Assembly (NCBI GenBank): GCA_051362555.1
Contig: CM120648.1
Location: 1 to 39,220 of the forward strand
Reading direction: 5' to 3'
DNA from: Lingula anatina
Lineage: Eukaryota > Animalia > Brachiopoda
DNA: 39,220 nucleotides
Positions 1-12,923 of the stretch are shown piece after piece. Position 1 is the first letter of the stretch. Every line of letters starts with the position of its first letter. The position numbers and the translations under genes were made by a program. The notes beneath the pieces were generated by a model. It had not been told where the DNA came from. It saw only the letters and a list, made by a program, of their open reading frames with translations, and searched no databases.

Positions 1-34
1 GGGTGAGGTGGTTCGACTCCATCTGGCGCCTGAA

Positions 35-205
35 ATGACATATTCTATCCTAGGTAATTTATTATTCACGCCGGACATGGCGATGCATTGGTTTGATTTT
101 ATTTTTACAAAGGTTACAATGGTAACCACTAGGCCAATAATAGTGCTTCTGTTATGGGACCTCAGATTAGTGGGAATACAATTAACATTAATGTTAATTG
201 TATAG
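35..205 (+). CDS. Small unassigned ORF, 56 aa, hydrophobic C-terminal half
   Basis: ATG 3 nt after the trnI 3' end, TAG stop; MTYSILGNLLFTPDMAMHW...; no recognisable homology. Confidence 0.3.
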   Translation: MTYSILGNLLFTPDMAMHWFDFIFTKVTMVTTRPIIVLLLWDLRLVGIQLTLMLIV

Positions 206-302
206 ATTGTTTTAATTGCTGTGTTCAAAGGAGTGGGAGAGAGATAGAGATGCATTCACTCACTGGGAGCTAGTATATATATATATTTTTTTTTTTTTTT
301 TT

Positions 303-1814
303 ACTTCTAATTGGTCTGGAATTATTGAAGGTTAGGTCTTTGAAGTGTGGGATGTCACCTAGGCTGTGATTCACCTAGCTTATTATTTTGGAATTGTATT
401 TCGTAGATATTTGCCGAACGCAATCTTGGTTTCTTTTACTACTCTCAAATAAGAGATTAAGCTATAGTTCAAAAATATCGTGAGAGTTTGGGCTTTATTT
501 TTTCGCAAAACATAGTTTAAGCTTAGTACCTTGTGCATAATGGCTACCCAAGACAACACATCTATTTATTTTCCCGAAGTGGAGCGAGCTATCACGCACC
601 TGCGGGGAGCGCATGACCTCTATGTTGCAAGATGGTGTCTAGAGTGTGCGATAGTTGTTACATGCTAGCCGCGCTTCAAGATAGCTGGTTTTAAAAGAAA
701 CCCACCGAAGTGGGGCAAGCATCCTAGAGATAGACTTGTATAGTTCATCTTTATGTGTATTGTTAGCCCTAAGGGTAAGGCTTTTATGGCAATTATGGGG
801 GTAGAGTACCTCACGGTAGATTAAGGAGTGTGGGTTTTTAGGAATCTGCAAGTAGAAGTGGAGTTCTGACAAGATTAACTCAAGCATCCAGGAATCTGTC
901 TGGTACGTCTAATCTTAATATATTTTTAAACCATAAGTGACTTGTAGGTATTTGAATTACACTGGATAGATGAGTATTATTACGAATTAAACAACAGGAA
1001 ATAATAAGAAACGGTATTTTATACCCTATGTTGTATCTTTTAAATTTAAGTAAATACTAACTTTATTCTAAGGAACTCGGCAAATCTGCCTCCCACCTGT
1101 TTATCAAAGACACCGCCGGTTGCATTATATAATTGGTTCTGTCTGCCCGGTGCCCATGTGGTAAACGGCGGCTTTAATCGTCCTAAGGTATCGCAACCAA
1201 GCCTCTTAATTGGAGGCCAGAGAATGGCCAGATGAGGGGGCTACTGTCTCGGAATTAAACATAAAATTTGAATTGTAGGTGAACATGCCTTTATTGTTGC
1301 GCGGGACAAAAAGACCCTATGAAGTCTTTACTCTTGGTTAATTACTCCTATAGCTATGGTCGTAGGCGCTATTAGTAAATCTCATAAGAGTTCTGCTTGG
1401 GGAATGCAGTGATATATAAGAATCTCTTCTTGTCGGGGGAACCATGTCCTATGACGTTTTAGTACATGAAACTTGTATAATCTTCAGAATTACTAGTCAT
1501 GTCAACGAGCCATAATCTTCTGGATTACTTGACTAAAGGAGCAGGGTTACTCTAGGGATAACAGAGATCGTCGCATGAATAGGACACATTGAAGTGCGGG
1601 TAGATTACCTCGATGTTGGCTCCGGGTAACTGAACGGTAGCAGGAGCTGTTCGAGTGGGACTGTTCGTCCTTTAATCCCCAACGTGAGCTGAGTTCAGAC
1701 CGTTGTAAGGCAGGTTGGCTTCTATCTGCGAGGAAGTCCCACATTGTACGCAAGGACTCGTGGGGCGGAGCTGATGCTCTTTCGCTAATTTTGAGAAAAT
1801 TCTAAGGTTGAGTG
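303..1814 (+). rRNA. rrnL: Large subunit (16S) mt rRNA; 5' end uncertain
   Basis: Conserved motifs AAGGAACTCGGCAAA (~1070), CCTGTTTATCAAA (~1096), GACAAAAAGACCCTAT (~1305), AGGGATAACAG (~1554), CCTCGATGTTGG (~1608), CTGAGTTCAGACCG (~1689). Confidence 0.95.
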
Positions 1815-1882
1815 GCCAGGGTGGCAGATTTAATGCAGTGGATTTAAGACCCGCCTATGGGCTAAAATTAGCCCTCCTGGTT
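1815..1882 (+). tRNA. trnL2: tRNA-Leu(UAA)
   Basis: Cloverleaf; acceptor GCCAGGG/TCCTGGT; anticodon loop TTTAAGA. Confidence 0.88.
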
Positions 1883-1886
1883 TAGT

Positions 1887-3605
<1,719 letters not shown>

Positions 3606-3611
3606 TACGTA

Positions 3612-3678
3612 CGGAGTTTAGTGTAATAAAGCACGCAGGTTTTGGGAACTTGAAGTCAGAATAGGTTCTGAACTCTGA
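3612..3678 (+). tRNA. trnP: tRNA-Pro(UGG)
   Basis: Acceptor CGGAGTT/AACTCTG; CAGGT-TTTGGGA-ACTTG. Confidence 0.88.
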
Positions 3679-3681
3679 TGG

Positions 3682-3750
3682 TGGGGGGGAAGCCAATGAA
3701 TGGCATCCGGCTGTTAACCGGAAGTAAGTGGCTAATTACCACCCCCCCTA
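3682..3750 (+). tRNA. trnN: tRNA-Asn(GUU)
   Basis: TCCGG-CTGTTAA-CCGGA anticodon arm, full cloverleaf. Confidence 0.9.
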
Positions 3751-4053
3751 ATGATTGAACTTAGGAGTTTAGTTCTTACAATGTGTGTTTGGATTATAAT
3801 TTTTTTGTCTAATATCTTTTTATTAGTTTCTCGGAAAGGCCATCTTTTGTCAATTTTATTAGGCCTAGAGGCCATAGGCTATGTAAGAGCTTCACTCTAT
3901 TGTGTGGTTTTTAAGCAGGGTGCTCTTTGGTTTTTGGGTATTATAGCCGCTTTTGGGGCCATAGAGGCTGCAACAGGTTTGGTCCTCTTGGTTTTGCTTA
4001 TTCGCTGGTCAGGAAGTGATCGCCCAATGTGGCTCCACATTAGGGGGTTTTAA
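3751..4053 (+). CDS. nad4L: NADH dehydrogenase subunit 4L, 100 aa
   Basis: HLLSILLGLE and EAATGLVLLV motifs; G-S-D near the C-terminus. Confidence 0.92.
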   Translation: MIELRSLVLTMCVWIIIFLSNIFLLVSRKGHLLSILLGLEAIGYVRASLYCVVFKQGALWFLGIIAAFGAIEAATGLVLLVLLIRWSGSDRPMWLHIRGF

Positions 4054-4062
4054 TTATTATCT

Positions 4063-4131
4063 CCCTACCTAGACTATATAGGTCGTCGGGCTCATCCCCC
4101 GAAAGATTGGGTTCAAGTCCCAAGGTAGGGT
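4063..4131 (+). tRNA. trnM: tRNA-Met(CAU), first gene
   Basis: Acceptor CCCTACC/GGTAGGG; TCGGG-CTCATCC-CCCGA; T-loop TTCAAGT. Confidence 0.88.
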
Positions 4132-4136
4132 CATCG

Positions 4137-5060
4137 ATTAAAAAAGTTAATATCAAAAATAGAAAAGTTCTTCCTCATCGATACCCTTGAGCTGAGTGTG
4201 GTCCATCACCTTGGCCGGCGTGCGTGTCAATTATACTGGTTAGGTTATTTATTCACATGGCTTTTGGTTTTAATTGTATGGTTAGAAAGGCTGAATTGTG
4301 GGGTGGGACTCTCCTCATACTCATTAGGTTAGTTATGATCTTATGGGCATGGTGGGAGAGCCTTAGCTTAGAGTGCTTAGTTGGAATAATAACTGGTCCA
4401 GAGCTTAAAAATTTGAAGACTGCGTTCTTCCTGTTTTTATGGACAGAGATTTTTTTCTTTGTTGGTTTGTTTTGAGCCTTTTTCCATAGGGCACTCGTAC
4501 CCTCAGATGAGCTTGGCTGCATATGGCCACCGATTGTTGGTATTATACCCCTAGATCCATTTGCGTTACCCCTTGTTGGTGTAATTATTTTGATTAGGTC
4601 GGGGTATAGTGCTAACCGTGCTGTAAAACATGTTAAAGGGCGTTACCCAGAATGACGTGCCATAGGAACTACAGTCTTTTTAGGTGTTTTATTTACTTGC
4701 CTCCAACTCTATGAGTATAAGAGGGCGGGTTTTACCATGCAAGATGGTATTTATGGGTCTTGTTTTTTCGTAATTACAGGGTTTCATGGTCTACACGTGA
4801 TTGGTGGAACTATATTTAATACTTATTGTCTAGCTCTAATGCTTAAGGGAGATTATACCCCATCTCAGATACTATCTCTCCGATGTGCTGTATGATATTG
4901 GCATTTCGTAGATATCGTTTGGATTGTAGCTTATCTTACAGTATATGTGTGAGGTAATTGGGGTATGTACATTACCCCAAAACAAGTATGAGATAAAAAA
5001 ATGTCAATTTATGAGGGGTGGCCTAGCAAAGAAGATATTTTCCACTTTATTTTTATTTAA
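4137..5060 (+). CDS. cox3: Cytochrome c oxidase subunit 3, ~307 aa; ATT start uncertain
   Basis: PSPWP, TGFHGLHV, WYWHFVDIVW; TAA at 5058-5060. Confidence 0.96.
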
Positions 5061-5069
5061 TTTTTTTGA

Positions 5070-5137
5070 GCGGGGGTAGTTTAAAAAGAATGGGGTGTTG
5101 AAGCCACCCAGGTGGTTTTTATAAAAACCTCCCTGCA
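5070..5137 (+). tRNA. trnF: tRNA-Phe(GAA), first gene
   Basis: Acceptor GCGGGGG/TCCCTGC; GGGTG-TTGAAGC-CACCC. Confidence 0.9.
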
Positions 5138-5141
5138 CAAG

Positions 5142-5312
5142 ATTTCAAAACTTGTTCACTTTATTCTAATCACAATATTGTTTATCCAACTTGACATTGA
5201 GGTATATTTAGTAGCTATGGAACCCACCCCACATGTGATTGATGTTTGAAGGGGGCTAACACTGTCTACTTTATTCTGTTTTTTTTTCTTTCCAATTTTT
5301 TATAAAGAATAA
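5142..5312 (+). pseudogene. Truncated nad3 paralog, intact 56-aa ORF (pseudogene or micro-protein)
   Basis: ISKLVHFILITMLFIQLDIEVYLVAMEPTPHVIDVWSGLTLSTLFCFFFFPIFYKE* aligns without gaps to nad3 [37 protein letters not shown]. Confidence 0.75.
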
Positions 5313-5319
5313 TTTTTTG

Positions 5320-5387
5320 AGCGGGGTAGTTTAAAAAGAATGGGGTGTTGAAGCCACCCAGGTGGTTTTTATTAAAACCTCCCCACA
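5320..5387 (+). tRNA. trnF: tRNA-Phe(GAA), second gene with imperfect acceptor stem
   Basis: Nearly identical to 5070-5137 except in the acceptor stem and T-loop. Confidence 0.75.
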
Positions 5388-5388
5388 T

Positions 5389-5910
5389 ATGATTCCTTTT
5401 GTTTATGCACCATACTTATTTATTCCCGGAATTTTAGTATACCTGGCTTTTATACCATTTTGGCCAGTGGCAGGGATATGATTCTCTGGCTTTTACATCT
5501 CTGTTTCATTTTATCATTTGGTGGCATTCCTTTTAAAATCTGAGGGAGGGTTTACAGGAAATATTAAAAATGAAAACCAGTCAACTCCCTATGAGTGTGG
5601 TTTTCGTCCACTCACCCCTCAACGAACACCATTCTCTCTTCGTTTTTTTCTGATTAGAGTTTTATTTGTTATCTTTGATGTTGAGGTGGTATTAGTGACT
5701 AGACTACCCATTATAAGAGCGGCTGGTGTTTGAAGGGGGGTAAGATTATCTGTTTTTTTGTTTTTTTTCTTTTTGTTTTTTTCTCTTCTTTTTGAAGCCC
5801 TCAAGGGTGCCCTCGATTGACCAGATGTAATGAAGAGGGTTGATGAGTGGTGAGATGGGTATTTCCATTTTTTTAAAAAGATTAAGAGTGAGATAGAAAA
5901 AAAATCTTAG
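5389..5910 (+). CDS. nad3: NADH dehydrogenase subunit 3, 173 aa, extended at both ends
   Basis: [30 protein letters not shown]; ATG..TAG. Confidence 0.95.
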
Positions 5911-6708
5911 ATAGTTGGAAATAATCTCTGTACCAGAAATAATGATCTGGTTTGCGGCAACAGTCCGCCAATTGTGTGGGTTAATAAGTTAGAGTGATCT
6001 AATCTGGTTTTAAGGCAAAAATCTCATTCTTTATTTAGCGGTTTTTTTTTTGATGGGTGATCTGGTTTTATTTTAGCTATGGTAATGATTTTTGTTTGTT
6101 TACCTCTCCTAAAGCCTATGGGTTTTTGGTCTTCTAGACTTCAGTCGGCTTTCAAGTCACTTCATCAGTTTAGTATAGATCAAACTCTTTTATATGTTCC
6201 TAAAGGTAGAAAAAGATTGGCTCCTTTTATGTCTGCTATTTTTCTCTGCATGCTATTTATTAACTTGTTAAGGTTAACTCCACTGGGAGTAGTTTACAGG
6301 GCTCATATCGTTATTACACTCCCCCTTGCAGTAGTTCTTTGGGCTAGGCTGATTACTATGGGTTTTTGAAATCGGCGGATTTTTTCTTCTAGTGAGTTCT
6401 TATCTTCTTCGATTCCACGATTCTTAGCCCTTCCGTTCGCCTGCTTAGAAATCTTGGGACATATTATCCGCCCTCTTACCCTATCAGCCCGGTTTAGGGT
6501 TAATGCTATAGCAGGACACATTATGTATAAAAGAGTTTTAGCATATTCTGCTAAGTTAGCAAAAGTTAGCCTATTGAAAGGTGGTTTGGTGTTTATCCTA
6601 TCTATACTTTGCTTTGCGGCTGAAATTTGCATTTGCTTTATTCAAGCTTATGTATTTTTTATTCTCTTAAATGTATATTATAATCAGTATTCAGCACCAA
6701 AGAAATAG
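5911..6708 (+). CDS. atp6: ATP synthase subunit 6, ~265 aa; ATA start uncertain
   Basis: IRPLTLSARFSVNAMAGH, AEICICFIQAYVF; same frame as and abutting nad3. Confidence 0.93.
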
Positions 6709-6710
6709 GT

Positions 6711-6777
6711 GGTCTGGTGGCAGAAAATGCGGAGGATTGTAAACCCTTTCATGTGAGTAATAGTCTCACCCAGACCT
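6711..6777 (+). tRNA. trnY: tRNA-Tyr(GUA)
   Basis: Acceptor GGTCTGG/CCAGACC; loop TTGTAAA. Confidence 0.9.
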
Positions 6778-6779
6778 AG

Positions 6780-8567
6780 TTGAATCTATTATTTAGCCTT
6801 TTAATTCTTTTTTTTATTTTCTTAGCCATATCTTTTCACTACTTATCTACGGATAGGAAGGATGTGGCATCATTTCAAGTCAGTGATTTAGGGCCAATAG
6901 GTTTGGATCTTGATTTAGTGTTTGACAAAATAAGAAGCCTTTTTGCTTGCTTAGTGTGTTTTATTAGCTTTAGGGTTGTAATATTTTCCTTTGACTATAT
7001 AAAAAGTGAGAAAAATAGATCCCGATTCTATGGCCTCTTAGGGTTTTTTATTTTAAGGATGCTAATTCTTATTTTTGTACCCCACCTTCCTGGTCTTTTC
7101 TTAGGTTGGGATATGCTAGGCATATCCTCATTTCTCCTAGTGAGGTATTATAAATCTGGAGCGGCATCCAAAGGGGCCATGCTTACGGCTTTAACTAGTC
7201 GTGTGGGTGATGTGTTTCTCCTAGTATTTTGCTCTTTTTGTCTCCTGACCTATGGAACAGTGGAGCCTAGGTTGGTGAGATCTATAGGGGTACCACTAAT
7301 CGGAGCTGTGTTATTAGCTTTAGGGGCTATAACAAAAAGAGCCCAAATTCCGTTTAGGAGATGATTACCGGCTGCTATAGCAGCCCCCACACCGGTTTCT
7401 GCCTTAGTCCACTCCTCAACTTTGGTTACTGCTGGTGTGTATATTTTAATCCGAAATTACAGGATTTTAGGGAGTTGGTCTTGGTTGCTTATTGGAGTGG
7501 GGGGGGCTACCATGTTTTTACCTGGGTTGATAGCTCTCTGGGAGGTTGACCTTAAGCGGATTGTAGCTTTGTCGACCTTAAGTCAATTGGGACTACTATT
7601 CTTTTACCTGGGAGTTGGGCTAAAAGATTTGGCTTTTGTTCATATAATATCACATGCTATCGTTAAAGCTATGTTGTTTGTGTGTGTTGGAACTGTTATT
7701 GATTCTTCATCCCACTGTCAAGATATTAGTTTTTTAGGCGGTCGTCTCCAAAGACTGCCCCTTGTCCAGTTGGCCTTTTACTTCAGGTTGGCTGGGTTAA
7801 TGGGGTTGCCCTATATGGGTTGCTACTTTAGGAAGCACATGCTCTTGTCTCAGTTGGCTAGTGGGAGCCACTTCGGGGGCGGGGTTCTTCTTGTACTTTA
7901 TCTAGGTTTAGCCGTAACAGTGGCTTATAGGGTTCGCCTAGTTAAGGTTTTAGTAGTAGGAAATCCTGCTTATAGGACACACCAAACAGTTCATATTAAA
8001 TCAACTAAATGGTGAAGATCTTTCTCAATCTTGCTATTGCTAAGTGGTATACTGGCCATTCCGTATATTACATATCCACTAATCGATATGCCAGCACTAC
8101 CCGAGGCTGATAGATCTTATAACCTACTACCGGCTTGAATACTACTTGGGGTTGTTTTAGGATTAGTAGTGCCTCGATTTACTACTAAGGGTCCTGACCT
8201 ATTCATGGACTGCTTCTTAGATCAAGCTAAGGAGAGGGTCGGTGAACAGAGTAAAAATGTTCTTGAGCGGTGTGACTCTGGTTGGTGGGAGATGTATGGT
8301 ATTATGGGAGCTCATAAGGTGGTATTAGACGAGCTTTGAAAACTAGAGATTTTAACCTATGAGAAATTTAAGGCCAAGTTCTTAAAGAAAGATCCTGAGT
8401 TTTATGAGATGTTGGTAGGTTGAATTGATTATTTTATTTCTGAGATCCTACCATTAGTTAAGCTTTTTTTCTTGTGGGTGATTATTTGTATCGTTATTTG
8501 TGGGATTTTGTATTGTTGCTTGTGATATCTTGTAGTCCCATCATTTAGCTTTATACCTCGTCGCTAG
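6780..8567 (+). CDS. nad5: NADH dehydrogenase subunit 5, ~595 aa; TTG start
   Basis: [50 protein letters not shown]; TAG at 8565-8567. Confidence 0.97.
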
Positions 8568-8636
8568 TGCGGTTTAGTGTAATTAGCACACAAAGTTTTG
8601 GTCTTTGGAGTTGAGGTCTTATCCCTTGAATCGCAA
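8568..8636 (+). tRNA. trnQ: tRNA-Gln(UUG)
   Basis: Acceptor TGCGGTT/AATCGCA; CAAAG-TTTTGGT-CTTTG. Confidence 0.88.
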
Positions 8637-8638
8637 GG

Positions 8639-9910
8639 ATAAATTCTCTAGGATTAGCACATCTAAGGTTTCTTTCTTTCTTTCTTTTTCTTTTTTTAAT
8701 CTACCCATCGTCACTTAGGTGGAATCTTTTATGGTTGGATTGGGGGTTTGATTACCTATCTCTGTGTTTAATTTGTCTTAGGTGCCTAGTTATTGGTCTT
8801 TCTATCCTTATAAGGCTGGAGAGATCTTGTAGTGAAATAACTAAGAGGTGTGGGTTATTATTAGTAACACTAATCCTTACATTTTCAACCTCAAGGCTTT
8901 TGTATTTTTATTGTGGCTTTGAATTTAGAGTAGTACCCATAGTGTATATTATCTTACGTTGGGGGAGGGAGGCAGTTCGTCTTGTGGCAGCAGGCTACAT
9001 AGTAGTCTACACCCTATTTTCCTCAATACCCCTATTGTGGGGTCTTGCGTGCCTTGCAGATAAAACATGTGAGACATCTATACTAATTCTAACGAAAACC
9101 CCATTCAGCGGCTATATGGATAGTTTATGGTGGGTGGCCATAATTTTAGCTTTTTTGGTAAAATCACCACTCTACCCATTTCATTTGTGACTACCCAAGG
9201 CTCATGTAGAGGCCCCCACTTTTGGTTCTATAATTTTAGCTGGAGTTATATTAAAGCTTGGTACTTATGGGCTATTTCGGGTATGTCCCATCTATATAAC
9301 TGGGCACCATATTATTAATTCAGTGGTTATTGCTATGGGTGTGTGAGGTAGGGCCTACTCAGGCCTTATTGCCCTCCGGGTTTTAGATATAAAGGAGATA
9401 GTGGCCTATGCCTCTGTTGGACACATAAGATTGGTGGTTGCTGGTATTTTTAGAAATACTATTTGGGGGTGAGGGGGGGCTTTTATTATAATATTAAGTC
9501 ATGGCTTAGTGTCATCACTATTATTTGGTCTAGTAGGTTATATATCAACCTATTCGGGGTCACGTGGTTTTATTTTTAATCGAGGGTGGATAAATATTCG
9601 TCCCTGATTATCTGTCTTTATGTTTATCGGTTGTTCGGCTAATATGGGTGTGCCCCCATTTCCTAGATTTCTTGGGGAGTTGGGTTTAATGACAGGCTTA
9701 GGCTTGTACAATTGGGTGAATTTTATTGTGGTTGGAATTTCTTGTGTTCTTACTGGTGCATATAGGCTCCGACTGTATTTATTAACCCAACATGGAAGCT
9801 CTCCTAGGCATTTACGACCTATTGAAAGGGCTAGGAATGGCCCTGCAGTGGTTAGGTTTATTGCCCACTCTATCTTCATCATCCTCCTGAACTTTATTTG
9901 AGTAATGTAA
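8639..9910 (+). CDS. nad4: NADH dehydrogenase subunit 4, ~423 aa; ATA start
   Basis: [26 protein letters not shown]; TAA at 9908-9910. Confidence 0.96.
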
Positions 9911-9920
9911 AAAATAATTA

Positions 9921-9987
9921 GGACCCGTAGTATAATAGTATAACTAGTTTCGGCCTAGTTGGTGGAGGTAGACTCCTCCCGGGTCTT
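9921..9987 (+). tRNA. trnR: tRNA-Arg(UCG)
   Basis: Acceptor GGACCCG/CGGGTCT; ACTAG-TTTCGGC-CTAGT. Confidence 0.9.
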
Positions 9988-9989
9988 AG

Positions 9990-10730
9990 ATGTCACAATG
10001 GGGGGGTACGTATTATCAAATAACTTTTACTTCGGCTTCAAGGATGAGTAAACTTCTTTATGAGTCTATTATAAACATTAACTGTTTTGTGATGACTATT
10101 GTAGTTTGTAGTATGACTATAGCGATTTGATCAGGCATGTTGGTTGGCCACTGTCGAAAATGACTAAAATATGAACTGTTGGAAGCTATTTGAACAGCTG
10201 TTCCGGCGCTGCTCATTTGGTGAATTTCTTCAATAAGGTTTTTTGTGTTATACACGAATGCTGAGCATAAGGAGCCTACCTATTTTTATAGTGTTATTAC
10301 TGGCCACCAATGATATTGAACATACCAATATGCTCTGGTTAATGAAAAAAAAGAGTTTTTCGGGTTTGAGCACGATTCATATGGTCTACTGCTAGATGAG
10401 CCATCGAGAAGAGATGACGAAACAGTGCTATCTAAGGGTGATATATATCTTATAGACGTAGATTTACCGTTTGTAATCCCTCAAGGGATACCAGGTGAGT
10501 TATTGGTGGCGTCCGACGATGTAATCCATTCATGGAGTGTTCCGGCCCTTGGGATTACAGTTGATGCGGTACCAGGGCGCCTCAATCGAAGCCCAATTTT
10601 GGCTAAAACAGTTGGAGTGGCCTATGGCCACTGTCGAGAGTTATGTGGAGTAAACCACCACGCTATGCCAATTGTGGTGGAGATCGTGACTCCAAAGACT
10701 TATATAAAGTTTATGGAGCAGGATAGCTAA
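9990..10730 (+). CDS. cox2: Cytochrome c oxidase subunit 2, 246 aa
   Basis: GHQWYW, DVIHSW, DAVPGRLN, CuA motif CRELCGVNH..M. Confidence 0.97.
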
Positions 10731-10738
10731 AACAGGGG

Positions 10739-10807
10739 GGGGGGTTGGTGAAATAAATCATTCCTGTCTGTCAAACGGGAGTTGCTGAATACGGTTGGCA
10801 CCCCTCT
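10739..10807 (+). tRNA. trnD: tRNA-Asp(GUC)
   Basis: CCTGT-CTGTCAA-ACGGG anticodon arm, cloverleaf. Confidence 0.88.
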
Positions 10808-10809
10808 AT

Positions 10810-11766
10810 TTGCTAATTTGAATCATTCCTGTAATTTTAGGTCCAATTTATATTTATTTATTTAGCTTTCAGATCAATCTTTTAATTATTATCGGGTTCT
10901 ATAGGCTTGCCGAGCGGGCTATCCTATCATTAGTAGCTGGTCGTCAGTCTCCAGGTGTGGTAGGGTTTCGCGGGGTTATACAACCCATAGCTGATGGTAT
11001 AAAATTATATATAAAAGATATAATCCGGCTATCTAAGAGAAATCATTTTGCTTATGTTGTTTGTCCGAGTGTGAGAATAGGATTATCATTTGGGGCATGG
11101 AGGTGTTTCCCATTTTGGGGGACTTACACTATCGAAATTAGTGCTCTACTATTTTTATGTTTTGTTAGGCTAAGAGCAGTTCCTATTATGGTTGCTGGTT
11201 GAGCGTCAAACAGAAAATACTCACTATTAGCCAGTGTTCGTGCCCTAGCTCAAGCCATTTCTTACGAGGTTGTATTAGGGTTGTTGCTAGTTTTCCCACT
11301 CCTATTTTCGAAGAGTTTAGAATTTTCTTCAGTTACTGGGCCCAATCAAACAATTTGAATAGCCTTAGCATACCCCCCACTCTTTGGAATATGGTTGGTT
11401 TGTATTTTGGCTGAAACTAATCGTAGACCATTTGATCTGGTTGAAGCTGAGTCTGAGTTGGTTTCAGGTTATAATGTTGAGTATAGAGGCCTCCACTTTG
11501 CTCTATTTTTCATATCTGAGTATTCTAACATGCTTCTATTTAGGGTTATTACTACAGCTCTTTATCTCAATGATGGGTGATTCTTTTTTGATCCCCAAGT
11601 TGGAGAAGTGTATTTTATTACTAAGGCTTTCTTTGTTAGGCTATTTATCCTACTTTGTCGTGCAGTCTTCCCTCGAATTCGCTTTGATCAGTTGATAACC
11701 CTCATGTGGAAAGGGTTTCTCCCACTCACACTATCCTTCTACATTTGGTTTATTGTTTTCCAATAA
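10810..11766 (+). CDS. nad1: NADH dehydrogenase subunit 1, ~318 aa; start uncertain
   Basis: [41 protein letters not shown]; TAA at 11764-11766. Confidence 0.97.
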
Positions 11767-11778
11767 GAGGCATCTTAC

Positions 11779-11839
11779 GTGGAGTTTAGTGAAGATCACA
11801 CCCTTCTACATTGGGCCACCAGAATTCTGGCACTCTACA
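11779..11839 (+). pseudogene. Degenerate tRNA-like remnant resembling trnP
   Basis: GTGGAGT/ACTCTAC stem, GTGA/TCAC D-arm, CCAGA/TCTGG arm; shares GGAGTTTAGTG..CAGAA..TTCTG..ACTCT with trnP; poor anticodon arm. Confidence 0.45.
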
Positions 11840-11842
11840 TAG

Positions 11843-12847
11843 ATTTTTAGATTAAACACTGTTCATACATATTTTTTTTTTTTTTTAATGAGGGTTGGAA
11901 GCCTTATGTCTGCATCTTGTGGGGATTTAATCGTAGGGTGGGTGGGTATGGAGGTTATATTATTGTGTTTTTTTCCTATTGTGATTAAACACAATAAGCC
12001 ATGGCTATCGGTCCTAGGCTGTATTAATTACTTTATTATCCAAGTAGTGAGATCTAATGTCTATTTTTCAGGTTGTTGTTTTATAATGGCTTTTGATTCT
12101 CATTATTGGGCGATTATAATTCTATTGGGTTTATTTTTAAAACTAGGGCTATTTCCATTCTTTTCCTGGGTTCCCAAAGTGTATCAATTTTTAGAGTGGG
12201 GTGGGTGTTTAATGGTATCTGTTTGACAAAAGTTTGCTCCTTTATTTATTATAGTTAATAATCCCCTATTCTTAAAATACTGATGGCTGGTTTGCCTCTC
12301 TGGTGCCCTCAGGGCTTGAATTGGTGGTTTAATAGGAGTAACGACTAATCTGGTTCGAGTGTTGATGGGATGGTCATCTGTGAGTCATGCTGGCTGAATA
12401 GTAATATTAACCCTAACTGATGAGACAACCCTATTAATCTATTTTGGTATTTATGCAGCAATCTGTACTGCCTGCTATTCAATATTTGAGTTAAACGGTT
12501 TAATAAAATTCAGAAGGTTTGGTTATTATAGACAAGGTGTGCGGGTGTGTTTAAGTCTTGCTCTCCTATCTATGGCTGGCATTCCTCCTCTATCCGGCTT
12601 CACCTTAAAATGGGTTGCTCTCCTATCTATTATTGATTCAGGGTATTACTTAGTTAGATTGTTATTGATCCTAGGAAGGGCGATAAGAGCCCTCCTATAT
12701 GTTAATTTAGTTTTTACATTAACTGTTCACAGGTGGGCTGTAAGCCTATCTTTTCCTATTGAAACCCAAGTTTGGGAGTTAGGTGATTACATCCGAATAA
12801 TTGCAGTAGTTAGACTTTTCCCTATCTATATCCTATTTAGGGCCTAA
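11843..12847 (+). CDS. nad2: NADH dehydrogenase subunit 2, ~334 aa; ATT start uncertain
   Basis: KLGLFPFFSW, WQKFAP, LSMAGIPPLSGFTLKW. Confidence 0.95.
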
Positions 12848-12916
12848 GCTGCGGTAGTAGAGTTAATATGCTCGTTTTAGGCGCGAGAGACGGGGGTTAC
12901 ACTCCCCCCCGCGGCT
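12848..12916 (+). tRNA. trnL1: tRNA-Leu(UAG)
   Basis: Acceptor GCTGCGG/CCGCGGC; CTCGT-TTTAGGC-GCGAG. Confidence 0.88.
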
Positions 12917-12923
12917 TAAATCG

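Noticed and set aside
5389-6708. nad3-atp6 fusion protein
   Set aside because: The genes are in frame and abut, but a TAG stop at 5908-5910 separates them and there is no evidence of readthrough
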